64,000 nt of DNA from Candidatus Heimdallarchaeota archaeon (GTDB lineage: Archaea; Asgardarchaeota; Heimdallarchaeia; JABLTI01). The notes beneath the pieces are model-generated. The model searched no databases. It saw nothing but the letters and a program-made list of their open reading frames with translations, and was not told the DNA's origin. Both the position numbers and the translations under genes were made by a program. The first letter of the stretch is position 1. Each line of letters opens with the position of its first letter. The stretch spans positions 64,001 through 128,000 of the forward strand of contig JABCTZ010000017.1 of NCBI GenBank assembly GCA_018238155.1, given 5' to 3'. Positions 19,910 to 28,617 of this stretch are shown here, in pieces.

Positions 19910-20314
19910 CTATTCTATATATAAATCATCAACTTTTTCTGCAATATTCTCTGCTAGTTTTCTTGAGAGTACTTTTGCATTTTCACCTAAAATCAAAATA
20001 TCTTTTTCAGGTTTCAAGTCTCGATGTTTTTTGACTATGTCTGTAGACATAAAAACCGCATCAGGTTCTCTAACTGCTACTCGAACATCGGTATATGCGC
20101 ATTTTGCAGTACAACCATCGATGGTGATAATCTTATTTGCTTTCAGAGCATCAATGACTTCCTTCTTTCCTTTAACAATAAGTGGTAGACATTCTATAGC
20201 AGCTTTTTCTGGAGCTAACTCATTAACAACAATATAGGCTGCTTCTCTACACATACCACCAAATGCTTTTCCTATTCCACTACAAGGGATGATGTATACT
20301 TTTTCTTCTGACAT
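19910..20314 (-). CDS. DGC-domain (putative zinc-binding) protein
   Basis: IIPCSGIGK, ECLP, ITIDGCTAKCA. Confidence 0.82.
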   Translation of the reverse strand: MSEEKVYIIPCSGIGKAFGGMCREAAYIVVNELAPEKAAIECLPLIVKGKKEVIDALKANKIITIDGCTAKCAYTDVRVAVREPDAVFMSTDIVKKHRDLKPEKDILILGENAKVLSRKLAENIAEKVDDLYIE

Positions 20315-20327
20315 TTTACTACCTACC

Positions 20328-21191
20328 TTAATTTTCTTCAACAATTTTACGTTTCATATATTCGAAGTATGTTGGACCATCCATTAGGAGTTCCTTATCT
20401 TCTTCAAGAGCTGCTAACTCAATTTCAGCAACCCATCCTTGCTCGTAAGCATCGCCATTCAAAAATTCTGGACTGTTTTCTAGTTCATTATTAACATCGA
20501 TAATATTTCCACTAACTGGTGATATTAATTGGAGTAATGCCTTAACTGATTCAAAATCTGCAACTTCATCAAATTGCTCGATTTTTGTTTCAATCGTTGG
20601 CAAATCAACAAAAATAACATCTCCCGCTTTGTTTTGAAAATAGTCTGTAATACCAACTAATGCTGTTTTTCCTTCTATTTTTGCCCAACAATCATTCTCG
20701 TTAAAATAGTATCCTTCTTTTGGCACACGGAAATGATATTTATCTACGGTAGTTTCTAAATATTCTACACCTACGAATTTTCTCTCTTCCTTTTTCTCAG
20801 TAATTGTGCTTAATTCAGTAATGAATTTTGTAATAATTTCTGCTGCAATTTTCTCTACAAGTTTCTCTCCATCGGTATTGAGTACTAGGTTTTTACCAGG
20901 GCGCAGTTGAAATTTTTTGGTCATATCCGGGATAAAAACTCGTTTGCTGATTTTCTGTCCTTTCGTCTCAGCTAATTTTGCTGCACAACGTGTTGAGCAC
21001 CCATCTATTACAATGATTTTAGCATTCTTTAGAATCTCGTCATATTTTTTTTCATTAGTATTATATAGAACCGGGCAGATTAAATCAATAGAAGAATCCA
21101 TCTCGATTACTTTGATAGATACTTCTCGAGTAATAACTCCAAGTGCTTTATCTAGTCCATTACAAGGTAGTAAACAGATTTTTTTAGCCAT
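20328..21191 (-). CDS. DGC domain fused to a glycine-cleavage H (lipoyl carrier) domain
   Basis: N-terminal PCNG...LICP...VIDGCSTRCA; C-terminal VGITDY..GDVIFVDLP..FESVKA..SPVSG..N.DAYEQGW with the lipoyl Lys retained. Confidence 0.85.
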   Translation of the reverse strand: MAKKICLLPCNGLDKALGVITREVSIKVIEMDSSIDLICPVLYNTNEKKYDEILKNAKIIVIDGCSTRCAAKLAETKGQKISKRVFIPDMTKKFQLRPGKNLVLNTDGEKLVEKIAAEIITKFITELSTITEKKEERKFVGVEYLETTVDKYHFRVPKEGYYFNENDCWAKIEGKTALVGITDYFQNKAGDVIFVDLPTIETKIEQFDEVADFESVKALLQLISPVSGNIIDVNNELENSPEFLNGDAYEQGWVAEIELAALEEDKELLMDGPTYFEYMKRKIVEEN

Positions 21192-21194
21192 TTT

Positions 21195-21500
21195 TTAACC
21201 CTCACCTTTTTTTCTAATTTCTTTAATCAGCGTAACAATTTCCTTTTTGTTGGGGAAGATCAATGCATCTGGTTCACACATTTTCACGCAAGCTCTACAA
21301 AAAACAACGCAATTATATACATTCTTTACAATAAGTTTCTTCTCTTCTTCGTTCCTTTTTTCAAAGACTTTATGGGGGCAGAACTTATCACAATCCATAC
21401 AATAGTTACATTTTTCATAATCTATTGTTGGCCACCAAGGAATCTCTTTTCTTGGTACTCCCATGAAAGTAGCAGTAGTTGCATCATATTTTTTAGCCAT
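21195..21500 (-). CDS. 2x[4Fe-4S] ferredoxin
   Basis: CNYCMDCDKFCP and CVVFCRACVKMCEPDAL. Confidence 0.88.
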   Translation of the reverse strand: MAKKYDATTATFMGVPRKEIPWWPTIDYEKCNYCMDCDKFCPHKVFEKRNEEEKKLIVKNVYNCVVFCRACVKMCEPDALIFPNKKEIVTLIKEIRKKGEG

Positions 21501-21501
21501 T

Positions 21502-21876
21502 TTATTCATCCTTCTCATGATTTTCTAAGGTTTGCTCAACTAGATTAAATGCTTGTTCTGTAGACAAATCTCTAATATCTAGCGGAATAAGATCTTTCTT
21601 TACATCTAATCCTACCTTTTGAAATGCATCTCGAAAGAGCTTGTATTGCATTGTTGGTGCACAACCTGCTACCATGTATTTTCGTCCTTCCTGTAAGAAA
21701 TCATCAAAAAATCTATCACCATCTTCTTCACAAAGCTGCGGATGAATAAATCCATATTCAACTGGAAGCTCGATACGTACTCTGTTGACAAAGTCCCACA
21801 TATCCATTTTTTCAAATCCAGGGCATTTGCCTGTACAAACACACATTATGAATCCAATCTCTTTTTTATTTGCCAT
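21502..21876 (-). CDS. Stand-alone heterodisulfide reductase subunit A N-terminal-like protein
   Basis: IGFIMCVCTGKC...PQLC..DG...VAGCAP...FRDA...LDIRD resembles the HdrA N-terminal domain. Confidence 0.7.
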   Translation of the reverse strand: MANKKEIGFIMCVCTGKCPGFEKMDMWDFVNRVRIELPVEYGFIHPQLCEEDGDRFFDDFLQEGRKYMVAGCAPTMQYKLFRDAFQKVGLDVKKDLIPLDIRDLSTEQAFNLVEQTLENHEKDE

Positions 21877-21916
21877 GCGTATCACTTGGTTCTAGGTAAT
21901 TAAAACACGAGGGTTC

Positions 21917-21940
21917 ATAACAATATTTAAATATTGTTAT
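21917..21940. promoter_or_regulatory. Perfect 24-bp palindrome, putative ArsR operator
   Basis: ATAACAATATTT-AAATATTGTTAT between the divergent arsR and the DGC operon. Confidence 0.75.
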
Positions 21941-21956
21941 ACACTTATTTCGTTTT

Positions 21957-22277
21957 ATGAATGAAAAAAATGAACTACTTCAGTTTAGAGCGAAGATATT
22001 CAAAGCGTTTGCGGACCCTCTAAGACTACATATATTGCAATTCATAGGTACTGAAGAAAAATGCGTTTGTGAAATAATCCCCGAATTAGATGTAGTACAA
22101 CCATTAGTATCTCGACATCTCGGAATCCTTAAGAGAAGTGGTCTCATCTTTGATCGAAAAGATGGAAATAAGCGTTTTTATTCCCTAACAGATATTAGAA
22201 TTCTCAAGATAATAAAAGATGTCACTCCAGAAATGTGTGAAAATTTTTCTTCGTTAATTATTCAGTTATTAACTTGA
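21957..22277 (+). CDS. ArsR/SmtB family metalloregulator
   Basis: FKAFADPLRLHIL...KCVCEI...QPLVSRHLGILKRSGLI; alpha3 CVC site. Confidence 0.9.
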   Translation: MNEKNELLQFRAKIFKAFADPLRLHILQFIGTEEKCVCEIIPELDVVQPLVSRHLGILKRSGLIFDRKDGNKRFYSLTDIRILKIIKDVTPEMCENFSSLIIQLLT

Positions 22278-22297
22278 AGAAAAAGGAACCAATGAAA

Positions 22298-22855
22298 TTA
22301 TGCTTCTTGCTCTAAAAGATGGAATAAATACGTGAATGCATCTACTAATCCTTTACCAGATTTTGCAGATGTTTTGTAAACAGCCCAATTGATAACAGAG
22401 CTGAGTTGCAATAGACCAAATTTTTGAATAAACTCTGCTCGAGGCATGCACTCGGATAAATCTGCCTTATTTAACAGAACTAGAACTGGTATTCCAATAT
22501 TAATCTGTGTTTCAATTACTTTGTGGAAGACTTCTCGAGATTCTTCGAAATTGCTTTGATCACTACCATCCACGATATATACTACAGCATCCGATTTTTC
22601 ATTTATCTGCGTCCAAAAATTACGGAAACCTGTTTGCCCACCAAGGTCAAATATTTTTAAATGTAAATTTGGAAAATCAATATTATTTATATTAACACCC
22701 ATTGTAGGTATTGTTGTTTTTGAGTCACCGTACATTAGATAATTAATAGTTGAAGTCTTTCCTGCATTGGCTAACCCACAAACTGTCATGTTTGCTTCTT
22801 TTGTTTTTTTACCAAATAATCTTCTAAATATTGACACAGTCACCTTTTCTCCCAA
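22298..22855 (-). CDS. Arf/Arl-family small GTPase
   Basis: GLANAGKTS, PTMG, DLGGQ, NKAD, SAK; N-terminal amphipathic SIFRRLFGKK. Confidence 0.88.
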   Translation of the reverse strand: MGEKVTVSIFRRLFGKKTKEANMTVCGLANAGKTSTINYLMYGDSKTTIPTMGVNINNIDFPNLHLKIFDLGGQTGFRNFWTQINEKSDAVVYIVDGSDQSNFEESREVFHKVIETQINIGIPVLVLLNKADLSECMPRAEFIQKFGLLQLSSVINWAVYKTSAKSGKGLVDAFTYLFHLLEQEA

Positions 22856-23211
22856 GTACTAGTTGATAGTAGCAGACTTATTTACTAAGAAAGATTTCTT
22901 TACTTTAAATTTTTTCTGTTAATTGTTGTTCATTAATGTTTTTATCTTCTCTTTTAGACATTTTTTTAGTTTTTTTTTGAATGAAAATTTAATAATATTA
23001 TCTACCGCACAGCACAAGATTTTCGATTGAAGAACAAAATTAAAATAGAGATAGCTTTTGTCTAGCATGATAGGAGAAAAAAACATTCAATCAACCAAAT
23101 AGGAAGAAAAAACATATAAGACACTTCCTAAAAAAGGTTGATGTGATATATTCTCAATCTTATCATGCGCAATGATAAAGAAAAAAAAAACACTCTGAGT
23201 GTGACCTAAAA

Positions 23212-23781
23212 TTGGTTGATGACAAATTAACTGATATTCGATTTCATGGTCGTGGCGGCCAAGGTGTAGTGACCGCTTCTCGTATTGCCGCAGAAGCAGC
23301 CCTTGCCGAAGATAAATATGTCCACGCCTTTCCAGCTTTTGGTCCAGAAAGAGCCGGTGCACCTATAGAAGGGTTTACTCGCATTTCCTCTGAAGAGTTC
23401 ACTTTAAAAACAGAGATTCACTATCCCGATATAATTGTGATTTTAGATCCAACACTAATCGGTACAGTTAATCTTGGTAAAGGACTCAAAGAAGGGGGAA
23501 TTGTCATAGCAAACTTTGCCGGTTCGATGGACGAGTTAAAGAAAAAAATCGGTATAAAAACCAAAGCCGAATACCATAAAGTAGACGCTACTAAAATTGC
23601 TAACGAAGAATTAGGTAGACCGATTACCAATACTGTTATGCTTGGTGCAATGATCAAAATAACAGATATTGTTGATTTAGATCATGTCTGCAATATAACT
23701 GCTGCGCGATTCCCAGGAGTTGTTGGTGAGAAAAACGTTAAAGCAATTAAAAGAGCATACAAGGAGACAGAAAGCGAATGA
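23212..23781 (+). CDS. porC: Pyruvate/2-ketoisovalerate:ferredoxin oxidoreductase gamma subunit
   Basis: IRFHGRGGQGVVTA, FGPERAGAP. Confidence 0.9.
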   Translation: MVDDKLTDIRFHGRGGQGVVTASRIAAEAALAEDKYVHAFPAFGPERAGAPIEGFTRISSEEFTLKTEIHYPDIIVILDPTLIGTVNLGKGLKEGGIVIANFAGSMDELKKKIGIKTKAEYHKVDATKIANEELGRPITNTVMLGAMIKITDIVDLDHVCNITAARFPGVVGEKNVKAIKRAYKETESE

Positions 23782-24104
23782 GTAAAAATACACTCTCCGA
23801 AAAAGAAATGAAAGAATGGATAGAGCAAAAATGGGGTTATGAAAAATTACCCATGGGCGGATCTGTTCCTTTTGGTGGTTCCTCCATTTACTTCAAAACA
23901 GGTGATTGGAGTCCGTTCAAAGCAGTTGTTGATCGCGAAAAATGTACCAAATGTACTCGATGTTTCTTCCTCTGTCCTGATTCAGCAATAACCATGGATG
24001 ATGGTGGAATTCCGGTAATGGATTTCGATTATTGTAAAGGCTGTGGTATCTGTGCTGAAGAGTGTCCGTCTGACGCTATCGCAATGAAGGACTTGTCTAA
24101 ATAG
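23778..24104 (+). CDS. porD: Pyruvate:ferredoxin oxidoreductase delta subunit (ferredoxin)
   Basis: KTGDW, CTKCTRCFFLCPD, YCKGCGICAEECP. Confidence 0.9.
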   Translation: MSKNTLSEKEMKEWIEQKWGYEKLPMGGSVPFGGSSIYFKTGDWSPFKAVVDREKCTKCTRCFFLCPDSAITMDDGGIPVMDFDYCKGCGICAEECPSDAIAMKDLSK

Positions 24105-24114
24105 GTGATTACTC

Positions 24115-25311
24115 ATGACTAAAGCATCAATTACCCCTGGTAAAAGAGTAGGTATGACTGGCGACGAAGCTGTTGCTAATTCTATGGCAGTTATTAACCC
24201 TGATGTGGTTGCCGCTTATCCTATTACCCCTCAAACAATTATTGTCGAACATTTCAGTGACTTTGTCAATGATGGTGAAGTAGACACCGAATACATTACT
24301 GTAGAATCTGAACACAGTGCCATGAGCGCTTGTGTTGGTGCAAGTGCAACCGGTGCACGAGTCTTTACAGCCTCTGCCAGTCAAGGTATCGCTTTAATGT
24401 ATGAAATTCTCTTCATTGCTTCTGCCTCAAGATTACCTATCGTTATGGCTGTTGCAAACAGAGCATTAAGTGGTCCAATTAACATTCACGGTGAATTAAC
24501 AGATCAAACCGTCTGTCGAGATACTGGTTGGATTTCCATGTTCTCTGAATCTGCTCAAGAAGCATATGATGCAGGATTCATTGCTTTCAAAATTGGTGAG
24601 CATCCTGATGTATCTTTACCAGTTATGTACGGTCTTGATGGGTTTATTATAACCCATGCTCTCGAGGGTGTTTATCCTCTTGACCGAGATTTCGTTAAAA
24701 AATATTTACCAGAACGTGAGATGGTTCATCCAACAGTTCCTGGCAACCCAGTTTCATCTGGTCTACTTGCTCTCCAAGATTATTATATGGAAGTAAAGTT
24801 CCAGCAAGAAATTGCTATGGATGCTGCCCGTAAAGTAATTCCAAAAGCCTTTGAGGAATTTGGAGATTTAACTGGTCGCTATTATAAGAGTGTTGAAGAG
24901 TACCAAATGGAGGACGCTGAAGTCGCTTTTGTAACCATGGGTGCGTTAGCTGGTACAGCAAAATATGTTGTTGATAAGCTTCGCAAAGATGGCGAGAAAG
25001 TTGGTATGTTGAAAGTGAAAACCTTCAGACCATTCCCAGAAGAAGATTTGGCTAAAGCTTTGAAAGGTATTGAAACAATCGGTGTTATTGATCGTGATCT
25101 TACTTTTGGAGCACCAGGACCAGCTCTATATACTGACATTAAAACAACACTTTATGACCACAAAGAACGTCCACAAGTGCTTGGTTATATTGCAGGCCTT
25201 GGTGGAAGAGATGTTGCACAAGATGAATTCAACTACATCTACAAGCAGATGCTTAAGAATAAAGGCGCTGAAAAATCCGTTCCAGTAGAATGGGTCGGTC
25301 TTAGAAAGTAG
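24115..25311 (+). CDS. porA: Pyruvate:ferredoxin oxidoreductase alpha subunit
   Basis: AAYPITPQT, ESEHSAMS, NRALSGP. Confidence 0.92.
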   Translation: MTKASITPGKRVGMTGDEAVANSMAVINPDVVAAYPITPQTIIVEHFSDFVNDGEVDTEYITVESEHSAMSACVGASATGARVFTASASQGIALMYEILFIASASRLPIVMAVANRALSGPINIHGELTDQTVCRDTGWISMFSESAQEAYDAGFIAFKIGEHPDVSLPVMYGLDGFIITHALEGVYPLDRDFVKKYLPEREMVHPTVPGNPVSSGLLALQDYYMEVKFQQEIAMDAARKVIPKAFEEFGDLTGRYYKSVEEYQMEDAEVAFVTMGALAGTAKYVVDKLRKDGEKVGMLKVKTFRPFPEEDLAKALKGIETIGVIDRDLTFGAPGPALYTDIKTTLYDHKERPQVLGYIAGLGGRDVAQDEFNYIYKQMLKNKGAEKSVPVEWVGLRK

Positions 25312-25326
25312 GAGGCATGAAAGAAA

Positions 25327-26313
25327 ATGACTTCATCCGAAGAATTAAAGAAAGTAAGAATTCCACCCGCAAAGGAATTAATGAAATTAAAAGATCGCTT
25401 GGCTCCTGGTCACCGATTGTGTGCAGGTTGTACCGCTGGTACAATTGCTAGATGCGCTACATTGGTTACAGATCCAGAAGATGTAGTAATATTCCATGCA
25501 ACAGGTTGTTTGGAAGTCGCTACAACTGTCTATCCATTTACTGCTTGGCGAGTTCCTTGGTTCCATAATGCTTTTGAAAATGTTGCTGCAACCGCAAGTG
25601 GTGCAGAAGCCGCTTATCGCTCAATGGTTAAGAAAGGCAAACTAAAGAAAGTACCAGACATCATTGCTTTTGCCGGTGATGGTGGAACATACGATATTGG
25701 TTTACAATCTCTTAGCGGAGCACTTGAACGTGGACATGATTTTGTATACATTTGTTACACAAATGGAGCATACATGAATACTGGTATTCAACGTTCTGGT
25801 GGTACACCTATGTATGCTGCTACAACAACTTCTCCAGCTGGCAAAGTTATTCCAGGTAAAATGGAATGGCGTAAAGATCTAGTAGCAATCGCTGCTGCTC
25901 ATAAAATTCCTTATGTTGCAACTGCTTCTCCCGCAGATCATAGAGATATGATGACCAAAGTTCGAAGAGCATTGGATGTGGATGGTCCGGCATTTCTTTT
26001 AATAGATATGCCATGTCCAAGAGGTTGGCGATTCCCTGAAGAAAAATCAGTTGCAATAGCAAAACAAGCGATTGACAATTGTTACTTCCCATTATACGAA
26101 ATCTACGATGGACGTGATTACGTTCTAAGTAGAATGAGTAAAATGATTGCTAAAAAACCCGAAAAGAAAGTTCCTGTTGAAGGCTACTTGAAAGGGCAAG
26201 GACGATTCAAACATCTCTTCAAACCCAAAAAGAGAGATGATTTGATTGCATTGTTCCAACAAGCAGTTGACCAAGAATGGGCTCATCTTCAGAAACTAGT
26301 TGAAATGTATTAA
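25327..26313 (+). CDS. porB: Pyruvate:ferredoxin oxidoreductase beta subunit
   Basis: GHRLCAGC, TGCLEV, GDGGTYDIG, YMNTGIQRS, PCPRGW. Confidence 0.92.
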   Translation: MTSSEELKKVRIPPAKELMKLKDRLAPGHRLCAGCTAGTIARCATLVTDPEDVVIFHATGCLEVATTVYPFTAWRVPWFHNAFENVAATASGAEAAYRSMVKKGKLKKVPDIIAFAGDGGTYDIGLQSLSGALERGHDFVYICYTNGAYMNTGIQRSGGTPMYAATTTSPAGKVIPGKMEWRKDLVAIAAAHKIPYVATASPADHRDMMTKVRRALDVDGPAFLLIDMPCPRGWRFPEEKSVAIAKQAIDNCYFPLYEIYDGRDYVLSRMSKMIAKKPEKKVPVEGYLKGQGRFKHLFKPKKRDDLIALFQQAVDQEWAHLQKLVEMY

Positions 26314-26325
26314 CTATAAATACAA

Positions 26326-26360
26326 GAGAAAAGGTTAACCCTTTTTCTCCTCTTATTTTT
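26326..26360 (+). terminator. Hairpin plus T-rich tract after porB
   Basis: GAGAAAAGG-ttaac-CCTTTTTCTC followed by T-rich sequence. Confidence 0.45.
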
Positions 26361-26484
26361 CTATTCAAAAGTTCTCTTAGAGGAGGAGCAGTTGAAACTA
26401 AGATTTGGGTTATTTAGACCTTTTTAAACAAAAAATACAGTGGGTTTTATTGAGAATATGTCTCCTTATGGAGGAAAATTCAAA

Positions 26485-26619
26485 ATGATGAAACTGATGA
26501 AAAATAAGCGATTAACATTGATCTTGCTTTTTGGAGTTATAGTATTACTCTGGGTAACAATGACCTTAACAATTGGTCCACCTGATGAAGCGCCACCTTT
26601 CATAACACCTGGTCCTTAA
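26485..26619 (+). CDS. Small single-TM protein (44 aa)
   Basis: GGAGG RBS upstream; MMKLMKNKRLTLILLFGVIVLLWVTMTLTIGPPDEAPPFITPGP. Confidence 0.5.
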   Translation: MMKLMKNKRLTLILLFGVIVLLWVTMTLTIGPPDEAPPFITPGP

Positions 26620-26704
26620 TTTTTTTTAATTAATAGGAAACAATAATAAAAAAATTCGAGGAAAACATGGTTAAGCTGCCCTCTAAATTAGAAAGGCGCT
26701 TTTT

Positions 26705-27301
26705 TTACTTCTTTTTTTTCTTTCCAACTTTTTCCTTCGCAGCAATCGCTTCTTCTGCATTAGTAACCATAGATTTTATCAACTTACCGAAAACCTTCTT
26801 GATAGTTTCACCCGTTTTTGCAGATGTTTCAAGATAGGGGATTTTATACCCAAATTCTTTTGACTTTTTTGAAGCTAATGCTTTTCCTTCTGTGACTGAT
26901 ACCTGTCGGTTCTCCAAATCAATTTTATTACCAATGAGGATAATTGGTATAGCTATACAGTTGTCTTTGACTTCCTTAAACCACATATCAAGGTTCTCAA
27001 AGGAAACCTTGTTCGTCACATCAAAAACTACTAGACAACCTAACGCTCCACGATAATAGAGTGGACGAATCTTAGAAAAACGCTCCTGACCACCTGTGTC
27101 CCAAATTTGACATTTAACTTTCTTGCCACCAATTATCATCCGTTTTATTGAGAAATCGACTCCAATGGTCATTTTATAGCTATCTTGAAATTTATCTTCT
27201 GTAAATCTGAGAGAAAGAGCAGTTTTCCCTACGGCACCATCACCTACAATAATTGTTTTGAACAAGTAGTCGAATTGTGAAAGTAGTGCATCTTTGGACA
27301 A
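26705..27301 (-). CDS. Rab-like small GTPase
   Basis: FDYLFK, GDGAVGKT, TIGVDF, KCQIWDTGGQERF, YYRGA, NKID, ETSAK; poly-Lys tail. Confidence 0.92.
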   Translation of the reverse strand: MSKDALLSQFDYLFKTIIVGDGAVGKTALSLRFTEDKFQDSYKMTIGVDFSIKRMIIGGKKVKCQIWDTGGQERFSKIRPLYYRGALGCLVVFDVTNKVSFENLDMWFKEVKDNCIAIPIILIGNKIDLENRQVSVTEGKALASKKSKEFGYKIPYLETSAKTGETIKKVFGKLIKSMVTNAEEAIAAKEKVGKKKKK

Positions 27302-27572
27302 TTTTTTCCATCCTTTATCTATAGTTATTCTTATCTATTTTTGAAATCGATTATTTATGAATGTCATAAAGTATAATGAAAACGTAAAAAACCTTTGCTT
27401 CTGGTACTTTTTCATTTTTTTGGTATATTTTCATCCGTTTCTCTATTGTTTAGTTCCTAAAAAGCTACTTGTCAATATTATTTGTCAATTAAGTTTATTT
27501 GTGATGAAATCTCTTTATTTACAGTTGTAAATATAATTTCAAGTTACAATCATAGGAGATTTCAATTGGTCA

Positions 27573-28481
27573 ATGTCAAACATGGACGAGATTTTTGATG
27601 CCGCATTTGTCGGTGCACCTGGTGATAAAATCCTTTTACCTTTGATGGGATATCCTTCAGAGCGCGATGCGATTTTCATTGCTTTGGTTGCTGCTGAATA
27701 TTTTGGAAGTGATTTGCACATTCTTCATATTGTAAGCAAAAACAGTAATGCTGAGCGCTATTTCAAAGAGCAAATAAACTGGTTACAAGAGAAAGCTGAA
27801 AGATTGAAAGTCAAAGTAAATATTAATATCAAAGATTCACTCTTTAATATCCACCTTCATCAAGTTATTCTAAACGAAATTAAAACCATTAATCCTAATT
27901 TGACTTTTATGATGAGTCGCCGAAAAGGTCTTTTTCAAAGATTTAGGGGAAGCATTGCTGAGCGTGTTGCTCGTGCGAGCCCAACTTCAGTAGTTATTAT
28001 ACGTTCTCCCATAAAAGATTGGACTACCTATGGTGATCATCTTGAACCAAGACGAATAATCGTTCCTATTGGCACTGATTCTCCATGTGAATTACTTGCC
28101 ACCCAGTTAGCTATTGCTCTTGCTAATGCTGGAAAAACACAAGATGCAGAAATAATTCTCTTACATGTCATTGTTATTCCTGAAACCGTACCAATAGATA
28201 CCACTAATGATGAGATGCTTGTTGAACAAGAGCTGAAATTCATTAAACAAGCTGGAAAATTCAGTACACTTCTTCTCTTTCCTATGAAATCAAAAGTGAT
28301 TGTTGGAAGAGATATCGGTCGTTCTGTTAGCCAATATGTCAATAAAGTGCATGCTGATATGGTAGTGATGGGTGTCCCTTATTTGCCAAGAAAATTCTCA
28401 GGTTTGTACGGAACTGATACAAATGAAATCTATCATAAGAGTAAATGCCCTGTAGCAATGGTTTTCAGAAAAAAAAGCTAA
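27573..28481 (+). CDS. Universal stress protein (tandem USP domains)
   Basis: GSIAERVARASPTSVVII; second domain DMVVMG...SKCPVAMV. Confidence 0.85.
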   Translation: MSNMDEIFDAAFVGAPGDKILLPLMGYPSERDAIFIALVAAEYFGSDLHILHIVSKNSNAERYFKEQINWLQEKAERLKVKVNINIKDSLFNIHLHQVILNEIKTINPNLTFMMSRRKGLFQRFRGSIAERVARASPTSVVIIRSPIKDWTTYGDHLEPRRIIVPIGTDSPCELLATQLAIALANAGKTQDAEIILLHVIVIPETVPIDTTNDEMLVEQELKFIKQAGKFSTLLLFPMKSKVIVGRDIGRSVSQYVNKVHADMVVMGVPYLPRKFSGLYGTDTNEIYHKSKCPVAMVFRKKS

Positions 28482-28617
28482 CTTTAGTAATTTCTGATAT
28501 TGATACTAAACAAAAGCATTAAAAGCTTCTCAAATTTGCTTCTCATTAGATAGTTAGTTAATTAGAGTTGTTTACATCTCTCTTATATTATAATAAATTA
28601 CTACGAAGGAACTTATA

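Noticed and set aside
19470-21876. Possible selenocysteine (UGA) recoding in the DGC/HdrA-like genes
   Set aside because: The expected Cys positions are ordinary Cys codons and the ORFs are uninterrupted.
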